A stretch of DNA of 64,000 nucleotides from Hypanus sabinus. Taxonomy: Eukaryota. The stretch spans positions 14,942,001 through 15,006,000 of the forward strand of contig NC_082730.1 of NCBI RefSeq assembly GCF_030144855.1, written 5' to 3'. Of this stretch, positions 10,801 through 25,800 are shown one piece after another. The position numbers and the translations under genes are program-made. Within the stretch, counting starts at the first letter, position 1. Each line of letters starts with the position of its first letter. The notes beneath the pieces were generated by a model. That model searched no databases. It saw nothing but the letters and a program-made list of their open reading frames with translations, and was not told the DNA's origin.

Positions 10801-13800
10801 TACAGGAAATGACATTAAGTAATCTTGAATCTGCTTGTGTAAATTTGATTTTACCCATCCATTTTCAGAAGAATTTCTCCCTCAGTTTCGAGTGATTTAT
10901 GGGCAGATGATAAAGTAAGAGGAGTTGTGGGAAGAGCGATCAGAATCGATTGTCACTATGCACCAATGTACCGTTCACACACAAAGTATTTCTGCCGCAT
11001 AAGGAGTCACCAGTGCACATCCTTAGTGAATACAAATGGGCAAACTGAGCAAACTGGAAGAATGACAATCAGAGATAAGACATCCCAAGGAATATTTACT
11101 GTTACAATGGAGAATCTTGTCTTTCAAGATACAGGAGTTTACAGATGTGGAATTTCAACATCTGAAAAGACTCTGGTGATTGATGTGCAGCTACAAGTAT
11201 ATGACGGTAGGTTTCTCATTGATTACCTTTATGTCTCCAGTGAAATGTCTGATGCATATTTGTTCCAGTACGTGCCAGGGAAGCATGGATATCCTGAGGC
11301 TCCTCAGCAGTGCAGACGCTGTGGGGAGTGGGCAAGGGTCGGGGAACCCCACATGTTGTCCGTCCACTGACTGGCCAACAATTTCCACTGGAAGGCTCAG
11401 CACACTTTCCTGCCGTCTTATAGCACGTGGTCCACATCCCTCAAATCCCTCATTTTCATATCCTCGTCCAAAAGCTTCTTAAATATAGTTATGATATCCC
11501 TTTCTACCAGCTCATCTGACTGTGAGTTCCATGCAGTCAGCACCATCACTGTAAATATAACTCATCTTGCAAACATTCTTTAAACGTTCCACCTATTGCC
11601 TTCAAACTATGCTCACTATTATTTGATATTTCAACCCAGGGAAAAGATTCTGACCAACTTCCCTACTGAGACTTCTGTAACTTTAAAAACCTCCATCAGG
11701 ATTCTCCTCAGCCTACTATACTGCAGCAAAAACAATCCAAGTTGATCAAACTTCTCCCTGTAGTTTCAATCCGGGTAACATTTAGTCATTTATTTATTTA
11801 TCTATCTATCTATTTATTTGTTTGTTTGTTTGTTTATTTGTTTGTTTATTTATTTCATTTATTCATTGATTAAGATAAAGCGTGGAATGGACATTTCAAG
11901 CCCATAGAGCTGTGCCACCCCGTAATCCCCCAAACTTAACCCCAGCCTAAACCTCCGACAATCAGCAATGCCCAATTAACCTACCAATTTCTAGGTCTTT
12001 GGACTGGGGAGGAAACCGGAGCACCTGAAAGAAACCCACGCAGACAAATGCAAAACATACAAACTCCTTGCGCACAACAGCAGGAATAGGCACGGGAAAG
12101 ACTTGTGCTAACCTTTATGCTACAATGTCACCCTGGTGACATCCTGATGACATCTTTACCCTCACATTTTACCCTCTCTGAAACCTCCAGATCTTTTCTA
12201 TGGTTTTACCATCAGAATTACAAATTACTGTAAGTTGCAAATGTGTACTAACCAAAGTCTTTTGAAGCTACAAAATGCCTTGTTAGCTTTAGTTTCCGGT
12301 ATGTAACATGAAGAAGGAAAATGTGCTAAATGCTTTCATTACCATTAAATCCACTTGCGTTGTCACTTTCAGGGAGCAATGGACTTGTTTCCCAAGAACT
12401 CTCTGTACATCAATTCTAAAGAGATCCAGATATTAAATTCCAGGTGATGTCAAACTCCCCAAATGTATTAGGAGTGTTTGAAACCTCAGGGCCTGTACTT
12501 GCAGGAGCTTAGAAGAATGAGCACGGAAAAGCTGGTGGTTGTGGAGAGGATGTTTCCTATAGTGTGGACCTCTAGGACCAGAGGGAACAGACTCAGAAAC
12601 AAAGGGAGATGAGGAGGAAGTTACTTAGCCAGAGGCAGGTGTATCTGTGGAATTCATTGCCACAGGCAGCTGTGGAGGCCAAAGTGTTGGGTATATTTGA
12701 AGCAGAAATCAATAAGTTTCAAGGACACCCACAAGTGCTCCCTTTGCAAGTCAAGCTGTTGGATGCCATTCGGACTGTCTCCTTGCTGCTGAGAGAGATT
12801 GTTACTCTGATTTTCACGCAGATGCATACTCAGTGTCATCACTGTTGCCCTGATCTGGAGACCTGCTGTGTTCAGGGAAAATGGCAGACAAGGCAGTTCA
12901 GGAAGGTAGAAGGATGCAGAGAAACAGAGAGGTAGAGGAGCTGCTGAGATTCCAGATATGTGGGTCCTGGTTGAGATACAGGACTGCTGAAATTTTTAGT
13001 GTGTTTGATTTTCGTATGTTTTTTGGTTGTTTTCCACAGAACCCGTGTCTGTTCCGTTACTTCGATTTTCACCACTAACAAGAGGCTCAAGTTGTGGGAA
13101 CTATGTGTCAGTGTTCTGTGAGCCTGTGCATGGATCCCTTCCCATTCAGTACTCATGGTACGAAAAGACCCCATCTGGGGATTCAAAGATCTCTGATACC
13201 AATAAACTGGATCTACATTGTCAATCCTTAAAAGACAATAACTATCTGTATTATTGCAATGTCTCAAATGGGAATGGAATAAAGTCCAGTGAAATGATCA
13301 GAATGTCCACCTCCAACAATGTCAGGAACTGCAGATATGTGATTGAAGTCAACAGAATGGGTAAGTAGTGCAGAGTTTGATTCGTTTTAATGTTCAATGG
13401 AGTACAACTGAATGACTGATGTGTACTGGATATTGTATTATTGGAACACAATATCCAATACACGTGGCTTAGATGGTAAGGGATTCTTGCTGCTTCGATA
13501 CGCACCTGTGCCTGGGACTCGCTGCCTTGATTTGTCCCACACCTGTCCTTTACATTCTGGCCCGCTTTAAATCATTCAGACTATCTCTTCTTCCTCCCTC
13601 TCATTCTACCAACTGTTTTGGTCTGATGAAAGATGTTCTTGTTCTGGAAGGAAGCCAGCAAAGGATCAGCAGACTGATTTCTGGGATGTCATGAGTGTCA
13701 CAGAACAGAGAAGCGGCTGATTAGGATTTTATTTGCTAGTGTTCAGCAGGGTGAAAGGTGATCTCAGAGAAACCTGCAATATTTTACCAGGCTGATACAA

Positions 13801-16800
13801 ACACAGTTAGGACACTTCCATTACCAGGGAATTCTGGATTGTCAAGAGAATCCCAGCTCCAAGAGGATCACAAACTTGTTCTTAGATTTGGAGTCTTGCA
13901 TGCCTCAATAACCTGTAAATGTATGTTGGCTGGAGTGAGGGCTTTATGCATTGGCTCTTTGCAGGGTCACCCATGCCTAAATAGGTCAAAGTGCAGAGGC
14001 CAGACTCAGAGTGATCCACCACTCCTCCAGGTTCGGGGGTTTAGCTTAGGACTAATAAACCTGTGTGGTAAAACAAAATGGTTATGGAAACAGGGATGTA
14101 GAATCCTTTTACTTCAGTGATTTATGGTATTGCTCTGTCTCGATTCGGGACGTGCATGACTGTCAGCAGTGAAGACCAAGAGGAATCTGCTGACATGTTG
14201 AAGGAAGCCCTGAACAACTCCAGAGATGGAAAACTGCACTGCTGCCCTCAAGGCCAGTGGTATAATCGGCAGTAAGTAATTAGCATGGAGGATTAGAAAT
14301 TATCTGAATGGTGAGACACTTAAGAAAGGGAATTAGGAAACATTTCTACTCCCAGAATGTGTTGAATCAGTATTCAAGAAAGATGGAGTTATTTTTCTCA
14401 GAGGTAGACCCATCAAGAGATCTGGGAAACAAAAGACTTGCCTTTTCATTGAAAATGTCTCCTGCATTATCCTGTTGGACAAAAAGTGTACTTGAACCAT
14501 TATCGCCCTGAATACTCAAGTACAGCTATGACCACATCTGCAGAGAGTGTTGGGGACCTAGAAGGAGATTTCCGGATGCTGGCTGAGGCCATCTCCCTGG
14601 CTGGACCCTTCCCTAATTAGACAGAATTAGAGACTCCTCATTCCAAGACCTTTAACTTCTCCAGATGCATCTCCACAACATCAGTTTCTGAGTATGGGGA
14701 AGAATCTAAGGCGTCTGTAAATGTAATTGGGTGCACAGTAGAACAGCAACTAGTGATCAGTGATCAGGGCCCAATTCCAGCCACTGTCTGCAAGTTGTTT
14801 GTAAGTTCTCCCAGTGACTGCAGGTGTTTTCTTCGGGTGCCGTGATTTCCTTCAGCATTACAGAGATGCACAGGTTAGCTTTGGTAAGTCATAGGCAAGC
14901 TGTTCTGGCACTGGAAGCATGGAACAATTGCAGACTGCCCCCAGCACTTATTTTGTGATGGTCATTGTAAATGATGAATTTCACTGATTGTTCTGATGTA
15001 CATATAACGAAAAAAGGTTATCTTTAATATTTTATTGTGCAGTAAGTATTGATCACTTTTGGTCCACCATGCTCAGGTACCTATTGGTCTAACAATTGTG
15101 CTCTTTTGTTCCTCTAAATACAAAACAGACAAAATTGAATTTTATTTTCTTTTAACAGGGAGAATTCATTTCTGTGAAAACACTGTGACAGAATCGATGA
15201 CAACTGCACAAAGAGAAAAAACTACTTCACCTGAAATGTAAAGTATAAGATTCTCTCTACAGGTGGTTTCAATGTTACTGCTTGAAAATAGAGCCAGTTG
15301 GGAGAAAAATATGTTTCTCTTTAACTGGTGTTAAACATATTTGACAGGATTAACGTTGATGAAATGATGTATTCCTGATTTTCTTGCATATGCATCAATC
15401 CTAAGATCAAAGATAAATTTCTTTTTCCAAATATTTAAAAATTGAAATATCGCAGTTGAAGCTCATGTTCTGAGTCATAAAGTGCTTGTTGTGTGTTAGA
15501 ACAACTGGCCCATCAGCCTGACACATCCAAGTCAACCAAGATGTTCATGTAGTTCAGCACATTGAATTTTATTTATTCCATACCCTCCTCTGCCAGGGAT
15601 TCCCAACCTAGGATCAAGTTGACTTGAGTGAAGTCAAGTTTATTGTCATATAACTGTAGAATGCATACCATCAAATGAGACAATGTTTCTCCAAACAAAG
15701 GTGTAACACACATAGCACTTAGTAATATATGAAAGTAAGGATGAAATCTACAATTGGATTACACATAAATAAACAAAGGTACATAAATTAAGTATTAAAA
15801 GGAACAGGACAGATTAACCAGTGACACTGACTTCATGGACTCCTTAGGTGCGCATGGCATAAAAAGTTTGAAAACCCGTGTTCTAAGCCTTTGTTGCTCA
15901 TGTATCTGTCAAAATGTCTTTTGAATGTTGTAAATGTATCCCTTTCTATGGATTGCTATGGCAGATTGTTGCATACACCTGAGACCTTATGTGTATAACA
16001 TTGCTTCTTAGGTACTTACCCCACTAAACGGAAGCCTGCACCTGCTTGCTTTACCATACCCTCCCCTTGTAAAATGACAGTGATCATTCACCTTATCGAT
16101 GCCCCTCATGATTTTATATACCTCTAATAAATGTCCGGTCAATATTCTAAGCTCCAGGGCAAAAATCACTGTCAATCCAACCCTCCATTGTGACTCTAGC
16201 CCTCCATCTCAGGAATGTCCTCATGATTTTTCTGCTCCACACTTTCCAGTCTCATGATATCATTCCAGTAACCTGAAGACCACAACTGCACATGCTATTT
16301 GAAGAGTGGTCTCACTAACAGCTTGTACAGACATAACATAACATAACAATCTTGTACAGAGTGTCCAAACAAAATAAATGTTCCAAATGGCTTCTTCATC
16401 ATCCTGTCTACCTGTTTCATCACTTTCCGGTAACAATGTCCCTGGATGACTAGATCACTTTTTTGCAACATTCTCCATAGCTTCCTCCTACTATTTACTG
16501 TACATGTCTTGCACTGTTTTAACTTGCCAAAAAGCAAAACCTCCAATTTGAAAAACCCCACGGCAATCCACTAACTCATTCCACCAAGCCAATGTTATAT
16601 TCAATTTGTTTGCTCAGCCTGAACATTTGGGTCGTTATCAAAGGCCTTGCTAAGTCTCAGATAGACAACATCCACTGCCCTTTCCTCATGAATCTGCTCA
16701 GTCTGTAATGAGCTCATGTGATTGTCAAACTGCTTGCCCTGGGGCATTCACTGCAGGACTTCTTCTGGGTCTGTTGAAGATGTTCCACAGTCCAGATGAG

Positions 16801-19800
16801 AAAAAATTTTGACATGACATTAGCAACAGTGCAACAATCAATGTGGAAACTGGTGTGGGATTTGGGGGAAGTTGACTTTTGTAGGAGAGCTGGTTTTAAG
16901 CAGATACAGTGTTTCCTTTATTAGATCCTTCAATGGTGAGTGCAGCGAGATCTGTAGATATTAACTCAGCTTCTCCCCATATGCTGATTGGTAAACACAA
17001 GTGTTCATACATACATAATTATACTATTTGGATCTTTTTAATAATTTATAATTTTTATGGATTTTAATTACTTTCAATGACTTGGTAAAGCACCCAATCT
17101 AACTGAAGACCCAACTTCCATTGACATGCTTTCTTGCTCTCCCCTCCTATTGGGCAGATATTACTGAAGTCTGAAAGCATGTACTACAAACTTCAAGGAC
17201 AGCTTCTTTCTCACTGTTATAAATCTACCGGATGTTCTCCCAGTATAATAAAATGGGCTTTTGATCTTCTAATCTACCTGGGCTTGCACCTTACAAGAAC
17301 ATCCTTTCTTTTTATTTATTGAAAGATTTGGTCCAGAATAGGCCATTCTGGCCCTTCAAGCCACACTGCCCCTTTATAATCATGTTGACTATCCAAAATC
17401 AGATCTTGCCTTTGCATATTCAGGTAGAACCTGTCTCAGAGAATTGCTTCTGGTAATTTACCCACCACAGATCTTTTGCTCACTAGCCTGGAAAGGGATT
17501 AGTTCAGTAATCTGTTGATTCAGAATTTTGGAAACACACTGAGACATCACTGGGCAGTGATAACGATGACTCCAATCAAATAAAAATCGTTACTTGTTCT
17601 GAGGACATGATGAGGGACGATGCTGTTCTCTTTCCAGTCAATGTGGAATTCAATTACATCAATTGACATTGTGGTAGATTCCTTAGAACACATTATTTTT
17701 GCTTTCTTTATCATTTGTTTTTTTCTGTTTTGCTTCGGATCTAGAGGAACAATGATTTTGTTCTCCTTTACAATTGTGTACAGGAAATGACATTAAGTAA
17801 TCTTGAATCTGCTTGTGTAAATTTGATTTTACCCATCCATTTTCAGAAGAATTTCTCCCTCAGTTTCGAGTGATTTATGGGCAGATGATAAAGTAAGAGG
17901 AGTTGTGGGAAGAGCGATCAGAATCGATTGTCACTATGCACCAATGTACCGTTCACACACAAAGTATTTCTGCCACATAAGGAGTCACCAGTGCACATCC
18001 TTAGTGAATACAAATGGGCAAACTGAGCAGACTGGAAGAATGACAATCAGAGATAAGACATCCCAAGGAATATTTACTGTTACAATGGAGAATCTTGTCT
18101 TTCAAGATACAGGAGTTTACAGATGTGGAATTGCAACATCTGGCAAGACTCTGGTGATTGATGTGCAGCTACAAGTATATGACGGTAGGTTTCTCATTGA
18201 TTACCTTTATGTCTCCAGTGAAATGTCTGATGCATATTTGTTCCAGTACGTGCCAGGGAAGCATGGATATCCTGAGGCTCCTCAGCAGTGCAGACGCTGT
18301 GGGGAGTGGGCAAGGGTCGGGGAACCCCACATGTTGTCCGTCCACTGACTGGCCAACAATTTCCACTGGAAGGCTCAGCACACTTTCCTGCCGTCTTATA
18401 GCACGTGGTCCACATCCCTCAAATCCCTCATTTTCATATCCTCGTCCAAAAGCTTCTTAAATATAGTTACGATATCCCTTTCTACCAGCTCATCTGACTG
18501 TGAGTTCCATGCAGTCAGCACCATCACTGTAAATAAAACTCATCTTGCAAACATTCTTTAAACGTTCCACCTATTGCCTTCAAACTATGCTCACTATTAT
18601 TTGATATTTCAACCCAGGGAAAAGATTCTGACCAGCTTCCCTACTGTGACTTCTGTAACTTTAAAAACCTCCATCAGGCCTCTCCTCAGCCTACTATACT
18701 GCAGCAAAATCAATCCAAGTTGATCAAACTTCTCCCTGTAGCTTCAATCCGGGTAACATTTACCCGTCTATTTATTTATTTATCTATCTATCTATCTATA
18801 TATCTACCTACCTATCTATCTATCTATCTATCTATTTATTTATTTATCTTTCTATTTATCTATTTCATTTATTCATTGATTAAGATAAAGCGGGGAATAG
18901 ACATTTCAAGCACACAGAGCTGTGCCACCCCGTAATCCCCCAAATTTAACCCCAGCCTAAACCTCCGACAATCAGCAATGCCCAATTAACCTACCAACTT
19001 CTCGGTCGTTCGACTGTGGAAGGAAACTGGAGCACCTGAAAGAAACCCACACAAACATAGGGAGAGCATAGAAACTCCTAACACACAGAAGCAGGAATTA
19101 GCATGGGAAAGCCTTGTGCTAACCATTAGACTACAATGCCACCCTTGTGACATTCTGGTGACATCTTTACCATCTCTCTTTACCCTCACCTCCACATCTT
19201 TTCTATCGCGTTGCAATCAGATTTACAAATTACTGTGTGTCGCAAAAGTGCCCTAACCAGGGTCTTTTGAATCTACAAAATGCCTTTTCAGCTTTAGTTT
19301 CCAGTATGGAAAATGAAGAAGGAGAATGTGCTGAATGCTTTCATTTCCATTATATCCACGAGGGTGCACTTTCAGTGAGCAATGGACTAGAACCCCAAGA
19401 ACTCTCCTCATATCAATTCAAAAGGGATCCAGACATTAAATTCCAGGTGATGTAAAACTCCCCAATGCACGAGCAGCATTTGACGCCTCAGGACCGCTAC
19501 TTGCAGGAGCTTAGAAGAATGAGCACGGAAAAGCTGCTGGTTGCGGAGAGGATGTTTCCTAAACTGTGGATCACTAGGACCAGAGGGCACAGACTCAGAA
19601 ACAAAGAGAGATGAGGAGGAATTTATTTTGACAGAGACTGGCGAATCTGTGGAATTCATTACCACAGGCAGCTGTGGAGGCCAAATGGTTGGGTATATTG
19701 AAAGCAGATCTCGACAGTTTTCTAGGATAACCACCAATGCTGTCTTTGCGAGTCAGGCTGTTGGGTGGCATTTAAACTGTGTCCTTGCTGCTGAGAGAGA

Positions 19801-22800
19801 TTGTAACTCTGATTTTCACGCAGATACATACTCAGTGTCATTACTGCTGTCCTGATCTGGAGACCTGCTGTGTTCAGGGATAATGGCAGACAAGGCAGTT
19901 CAGTCAGGTACAAGGATGCAGAGACACAGAGAGGTAGAGGAACTGCTGAGATTCCAGATGTGTGTGTCCTGGTTGAGATACAGAACTGCTGAAATTTTTA
20001 GTGTGTTTGATTTTCGTATGTTTTTTGGTTGTTTTCCACAGAACCCGTGTCTGTTCCATTACTTCGATTTTCACCACTAACAAGAAGCTCAAGTTGTGGG
20101 AACTATGTGTCAGCGTTCTGTGAGCCTGTGCATGGATCCCTTCCCATTCTGTACTCATGGTACGAAAAGACCCCATCTGGGGATTCAAAGATCTCTGATA
20201 CCAATAAACTGGATCTACATTGTCAATCCTTAAAATACAATAACTATCTGTATTATTGCAATGTCTCAAATGCGAATGGAACAAAGTCCAGTGAAATGAT
20301 CAGAATGTCCACCTCCAACAATGTCAGGAACTGCAGATATGTGATTTAAGTCAACAGGATGGGTAAGTAGTGCAGAGTTTGATTCGTTTTGACAGTCAAT
20401 GGAGTACAACTGAATGACTGATGTGTACTGGATATTGTATTGTTGGAACACAATATCCAATACACATGGCTTAGATGGTAAGGGGTTCCTGCTGCTTCGA
20501 TACGCACCTGTGCCTGGGACTCGCTGCCTTGATTTGGCACATACCTGTCCTTTACATTCTGGCCCGAAGTTTAAATCAGTCAGACTATCTCTTCTTCCTC
20601 CCTCTCATTCTACCAACTGTTTTGGTCTGATGAAAGATGTTCTTGTTCTGGAAGGAAGCCAGCAAAGGATCAGCAGACTGATTTCTGGGATGTCATGAGT
20701 GACACAGAACAGAGCACCGGTTGATTAGGATTTTATTTGCTGGTGTTCAGCAGGCTGAAAGGTGATCTCAGAGAAACTTGCAATATTTTACCAGGCTGAT
20801 ACAAATGCAGTTAGGACACTTCCATTACCAGGGAATTCTGGATAGTCAAGAGAATCTCAGCTCCAAGAGGATCACAAACTTGTTCTTAGATTTGGAGTCT
20901 TGCATGCCTCAATTACCTGTAAATGTATGTTGGCTGGAGTGAGGGCTTTATGCATTGGCTCTTTGTAGGGTCACCCATGCCTAAATAGGTCAAAGTGCAG
21001 AGGCCAGACTCAGAGTGATCCACCACTCCTCCAGGTTCGGGGGTTTAGCTCAGGACTAATAAACCTGTGTGGTAAAACAAAATGGTTATGGAAACAGGGA
21101 TGTAGAATCATTTTACTTCAGTGATTTATGGTATTGCTCCATCTCGATTCGGGACGTGCATGACTGTCAGCAGTGAAGACCAAGAGGAATCTACTGACAT
21201 GTTGAGGGAAGCCCTGATCAACTTCAGAGATGGAAAACCTGCACTGCTGTGCTCAAGGCCAGTGGTATAATCGGCAGTAAGTAAGTAAGCATGGAGGATT
21301 AGAAATTATCTGAATTGTTAGACACTTAAGAAAGGGATTAGGAAACATTTCTTCTCCCAGAATGTGTTGAATCAGTATTCAAGAAAGATGGAGTTATTTT
21401 TCTCAGAGGTAGACGGATCAAGAGATCTGGGAAACAAAAGACTTGCCTTTTCATTGAAAATGTCCCCTGCATTATCCTGTTGGACAAAAAGTGTACTTGA
21501 ACCATTATCTCCCTGAATACTCAAGTACAGCTATGACCACATCTGCAGAGAGTGTTGGGGACCTAGAAGGAGATTTTCGGATGCTGGCTGAGGCCATCTC
21601 CCTGGCTGGTCCCTTCCCTAATTAGACAGAATTAGAGTCTCCTCATTCCAAGACCTTTAACTTCTCCAGATGCATCTCCACAACATCAGCTTCTGAGTAT
21701 GGGGAAGAATCTAAGGTGTCTGTAAATGTAATTGGGTGCACAGTAGAACAGCAATTAGTGATCAGTGATCTGGGCCCAATTCCAGCCACTGTCTGCAAGT
21801 TGTTTGTAAGTTCTCCCAGTGACTGCAGGTGTTTTCTTCGGGTGCCGTGATTTGCTCCAGCATTACAGAGACACACAGGTTAGCTTTGGTAAGTCATAGG
21901 CAAGCTGTTCTGGCACTGGAAGCATGGAACACTTGCAGGCTGCCCCCAGCACTTATTTTGTGATGGTCATTGTAAATGATGAATTTCACTGAGTGTTCTG
22001 ATGTACATATAGCGAAAAAAGTTTATCTTTAATATTTTAATGTGCATTAAGTATTGAACACCTTTGGACAACCATGCTAAGGTACCTATTGGTCTAAAAA
22101 TTGTGCTCTTTTGTTCCTCTAAATACAAAGCAGACAAAATTGAATTTCATTTTCTTTTAACAGGGAAAATTCATTTATGTGAAAACACAGTGACAGAATC
22201 GATGACAACTGCACAAAGAGAAAAAACTACTTCACCTGAAATGTAAAGTATAAGTTCCTCTCTACAGGTGGTTTCAATGTTACTGCTTGAATATAGAGCC
22301 AGTTGGGAGAAAAATATGTTTCTCTTTAACTGGTGTTAAACATATTTGACAGGATTAACATTGATGAAATGATGTATTGGAAACTGAGTATTCCTAATTT
22401 TCTTGCGTATGCATCAATCCTGAGATCAAAGATAAATTTCTTTTTCCAAATATTTAAAAATTGAAATATCGCAGTTGAAGTTCATGTTCTGAGTCATAAA
22501 ATGCTTGTTGTGTGTTAGAACAACTGGCCCAACAGCCTGACACATCCAAGTCAACCAAGATGTTCATGTAGTTCAGCACATTGAATTTTATTTATTCCAT
22601 ACCCTCCTCTGCCAGGGATTCCCAACCTAGGATCAAGTTGAGTCAAGTGAAGTCAAGTTTATTGTCATATCACTGTAGAATGCATACCATCAAATGAGCC
22701 AATGTTTCTCCAAACAAAGGTGTAACACACATAGCACATAGTAACATATGAAAGTAAGGATGAAATCTACAATTGGATTACACATAAATAAACAAAGGTA

Positions 22801-25800
22801 CATAAATTAAGTATTAAAAGGAACAGGACAGATTAACCAGTGACACTGACTTCATGGACTCCTTAGGTGCGCATGGCATAAAAAGTTTGAAAACCCCTGT
22901 CCTAAGCCTTTCCTGCTCATGTATCTGTCAAAATGTCTTTTGAATGTTGTAAATGTATCCCCTTCTATGGATTGCTATGGCAGATTGTTGCATACACCTG
23001 AGACCCTATGTGTATAACATTGCTTCTTAGGTACTTTCCCAACTAAACGGAAGCCTGCACCTGCTTGCTTTACCATACCCTCCCCTTGTAAAAAGACAGT
23101 GATCATTCACCTTATCGATGCCCCTCATGATTTTATATACCTCTAATAAATGTCCCGTCAATATTCTAAGCTCCAGGGCAAAAATCACTGTCAATCCAAC
23201 CCTCCACTGTGACTCTAGCCCTCCATCTCAGGAATGTCCTCATGATTTTTCTGCTCCACACTTTCCAGTCTCATGATATCATTCCAGTAACCTGAAGACC
23301 ACAACTGCACATGCTATTTGATGAGTGGTCTCACTAACAGCTTGTACAGACATAACATAACATAACAATCTTGTACAGAGTGTCCAAACAAAATAAATGT
23401 TCCAAATGGCTTCTTCATCATCCTGTCTACCTGTTTCATCACTTTCCGGTAACAATGTCCCTGGATGACTAGATCACTTTTTTGCAACATTCTCCATAGC
23501 TTCCTCCTACTATTTACTGTACATGTCTTGCACTGTTTTAACTTGCCAAAAAGCAAAACCTCCAATTTGAAAAACCCCACGGCAATCCACTAACTCATTC
23601 CACCAAGCCAATGTTATATTCAATTTGTTTGCTCAGCCTGAACATTTGGGTCGTTATCAAAGGCCTTGCTAAGTCTCAGATAGACAACATCCACTGCCCT
23701 TTCCTCATGAATCTGCTCAGTCTGTAATGAGCTCATGTGATTGTCAAACTGCTTGCCCTGGGGCATTCACTGCAGGACTTCTTCTGGATCTGTTGAAGAT
23801 GTTCCACAGTCCAGATGAGAAAAAATTTTGACATGACATTAGCAACAGTGCAACAATCAATGTGGAAACTGGTGTGGGATTTGGGGGAAGTTGACTTTTG
23901 TAGGAGAGCTGGTTTTAAGCAGATACAGTGTTTCCTTTATTAGATCCTTCAATGGTGAGTGCAGCGAGATTTGTAGATATTAACTCAGCTTCTCCCCATA
24001 TGCTGATTGGTAAACACAAGTGTTCATACATACATAATTATACTATTTGGATCTTTTTAATAATTTATAATTTTTATGGATTTTAATTACTTTCAATGAC
24101 TTGGTAAAGCACCCAATCTAACTGAAGACCCAACTTCCATTGACATGCTTTCTTGCTCTCCCCTCCTATTGGGCAGATATTACTGAAGTCTGAAAGCATG
24201 TACTACAAACTTCAAGGACAGCTTCTTTCTCACTGTTATAAATCTACCGGATGTTCTCCCAGTATAATAAAATGGGCTTTTGATCTTCTAATCTACCTGG
24301 GCTTGCACCTTACAAGAACATCCTTTCTTTTTATTTATTGAAAGATTTGGTCCAGAATAGGCCATTCTGGCCCTTCAAGCCACACTGCCCCTTTATAATC
24401 ATGTTGACTATCCAAAATCAGATCTTGCCTTTGCATATTCAGGTAGAACCTGTCTCAGAGAATTGCTTCTGGTAATTTACCCACCACAGATCTTTTGCTC
24501 ACTAGTCTGGAAAGGGATTAGTTCAGTAATCTGTTGATTCAGAATTTTGGAAACACACTGAGACATCACTGGGCAGTGATAACGATGACTCCAATCAAAT
24601 AAAAATCGTTACTTGTTCTGAGGACATGATGAGGGACGATGCTGTTCTCTTTCCAGTCAATGTGGAATTCAATTACATCAATTGACATTGTGGTAGATTC
24701 CTTAGAACACATTATTTTTGCTTTCTTTATCATTTGTTTTTTTCTGTTTTGCTTCGGATCTAGAGGAACAATGATTTTGTTCTCCTTTACAATTGTGTAC
24801 AGGAAATGACATTAAGTAATCTTGAATCTGCTTGTGTAAATTTGATTTTACCCATCCATTTTCAGAAGAATTTCTCCCTCAGTTTCGAGTGATTTATGGG
24901 CAGATGATAAAGTAAGAGGAGTTGTGGGAAGAGCGATCAGAATCGATTGTCACTATGCACCAATGTACCGTTCACACACAAAGTATTTCTGCCGCATAAG
25001 GAGTCACCAGTGCACATCCTTAGTGAATACAAATGGGCAAACTGAGCAGACTGGAAGAATGACAATCAGAGATAAGACATCCCAAGGAATATTTACTGTT
25101 ACAATGGAGAATCTTGTCTTTCAAGATACAGGAGTTTACAGATGTGGAATTGCAACATCTGGCAAGACTCTGGTGATTGATGTGCAGCTACAAGTATATG
25201 ACGGTAGGTTTCTCATTGATTACCTTTATGTCTCCAGTGAAATGTCTGATGCATATTTGTTCCAGTACGTGCCAGGGAAGCATGGATATCCTGAGGCTCC
25301 TCAGCAGTGCAGACGCTGTGGGGAGTGGGCAAGGGTCGGGGAACCCCACATGTTGTCCGTCCACTGACTGGCCAACAATTTCCACTGGAAGGCTCAGCAC
25401 ACTTTCCTGCCGTCTTATAGCACGTGGTCCACATCCCTCAAATCCCTCATTTTCATATCCTCGTCCAAAAGCTTCTTAAATATAGTTATGATATCCCTTT
25501 CTACCAGCTCATCTGACTGTGAGTTCCATGCAGTCAGCACCATCACTGTAAATATAACTCATCTTGCAAACATTCTTTAAACGTTCCACCTATTGCCTTC
25601 AAACTATGCTCACTATTATTTGATATTTCAACCCAGGGAAAAGATTCTGACCAACTTCCCTACTGAGACTTCTGTAACTTTAAAAACCTCCATCAGGCCT
25701 CTCCTCAGCCTACTATACTGCAGCAAAAACAATCCAAGTTGATCAAACTTCTCCCTGTAGTTTCAATCCGGGTAACATTTAGTCATTTATTTATTTATCT

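Noticed and set aside
18720-18935. Hydrophobic ORF IYLSIYLSIYLP resembling a TM segment
   Set aside because: It is a translation of the TATC/TATT microsatellite.
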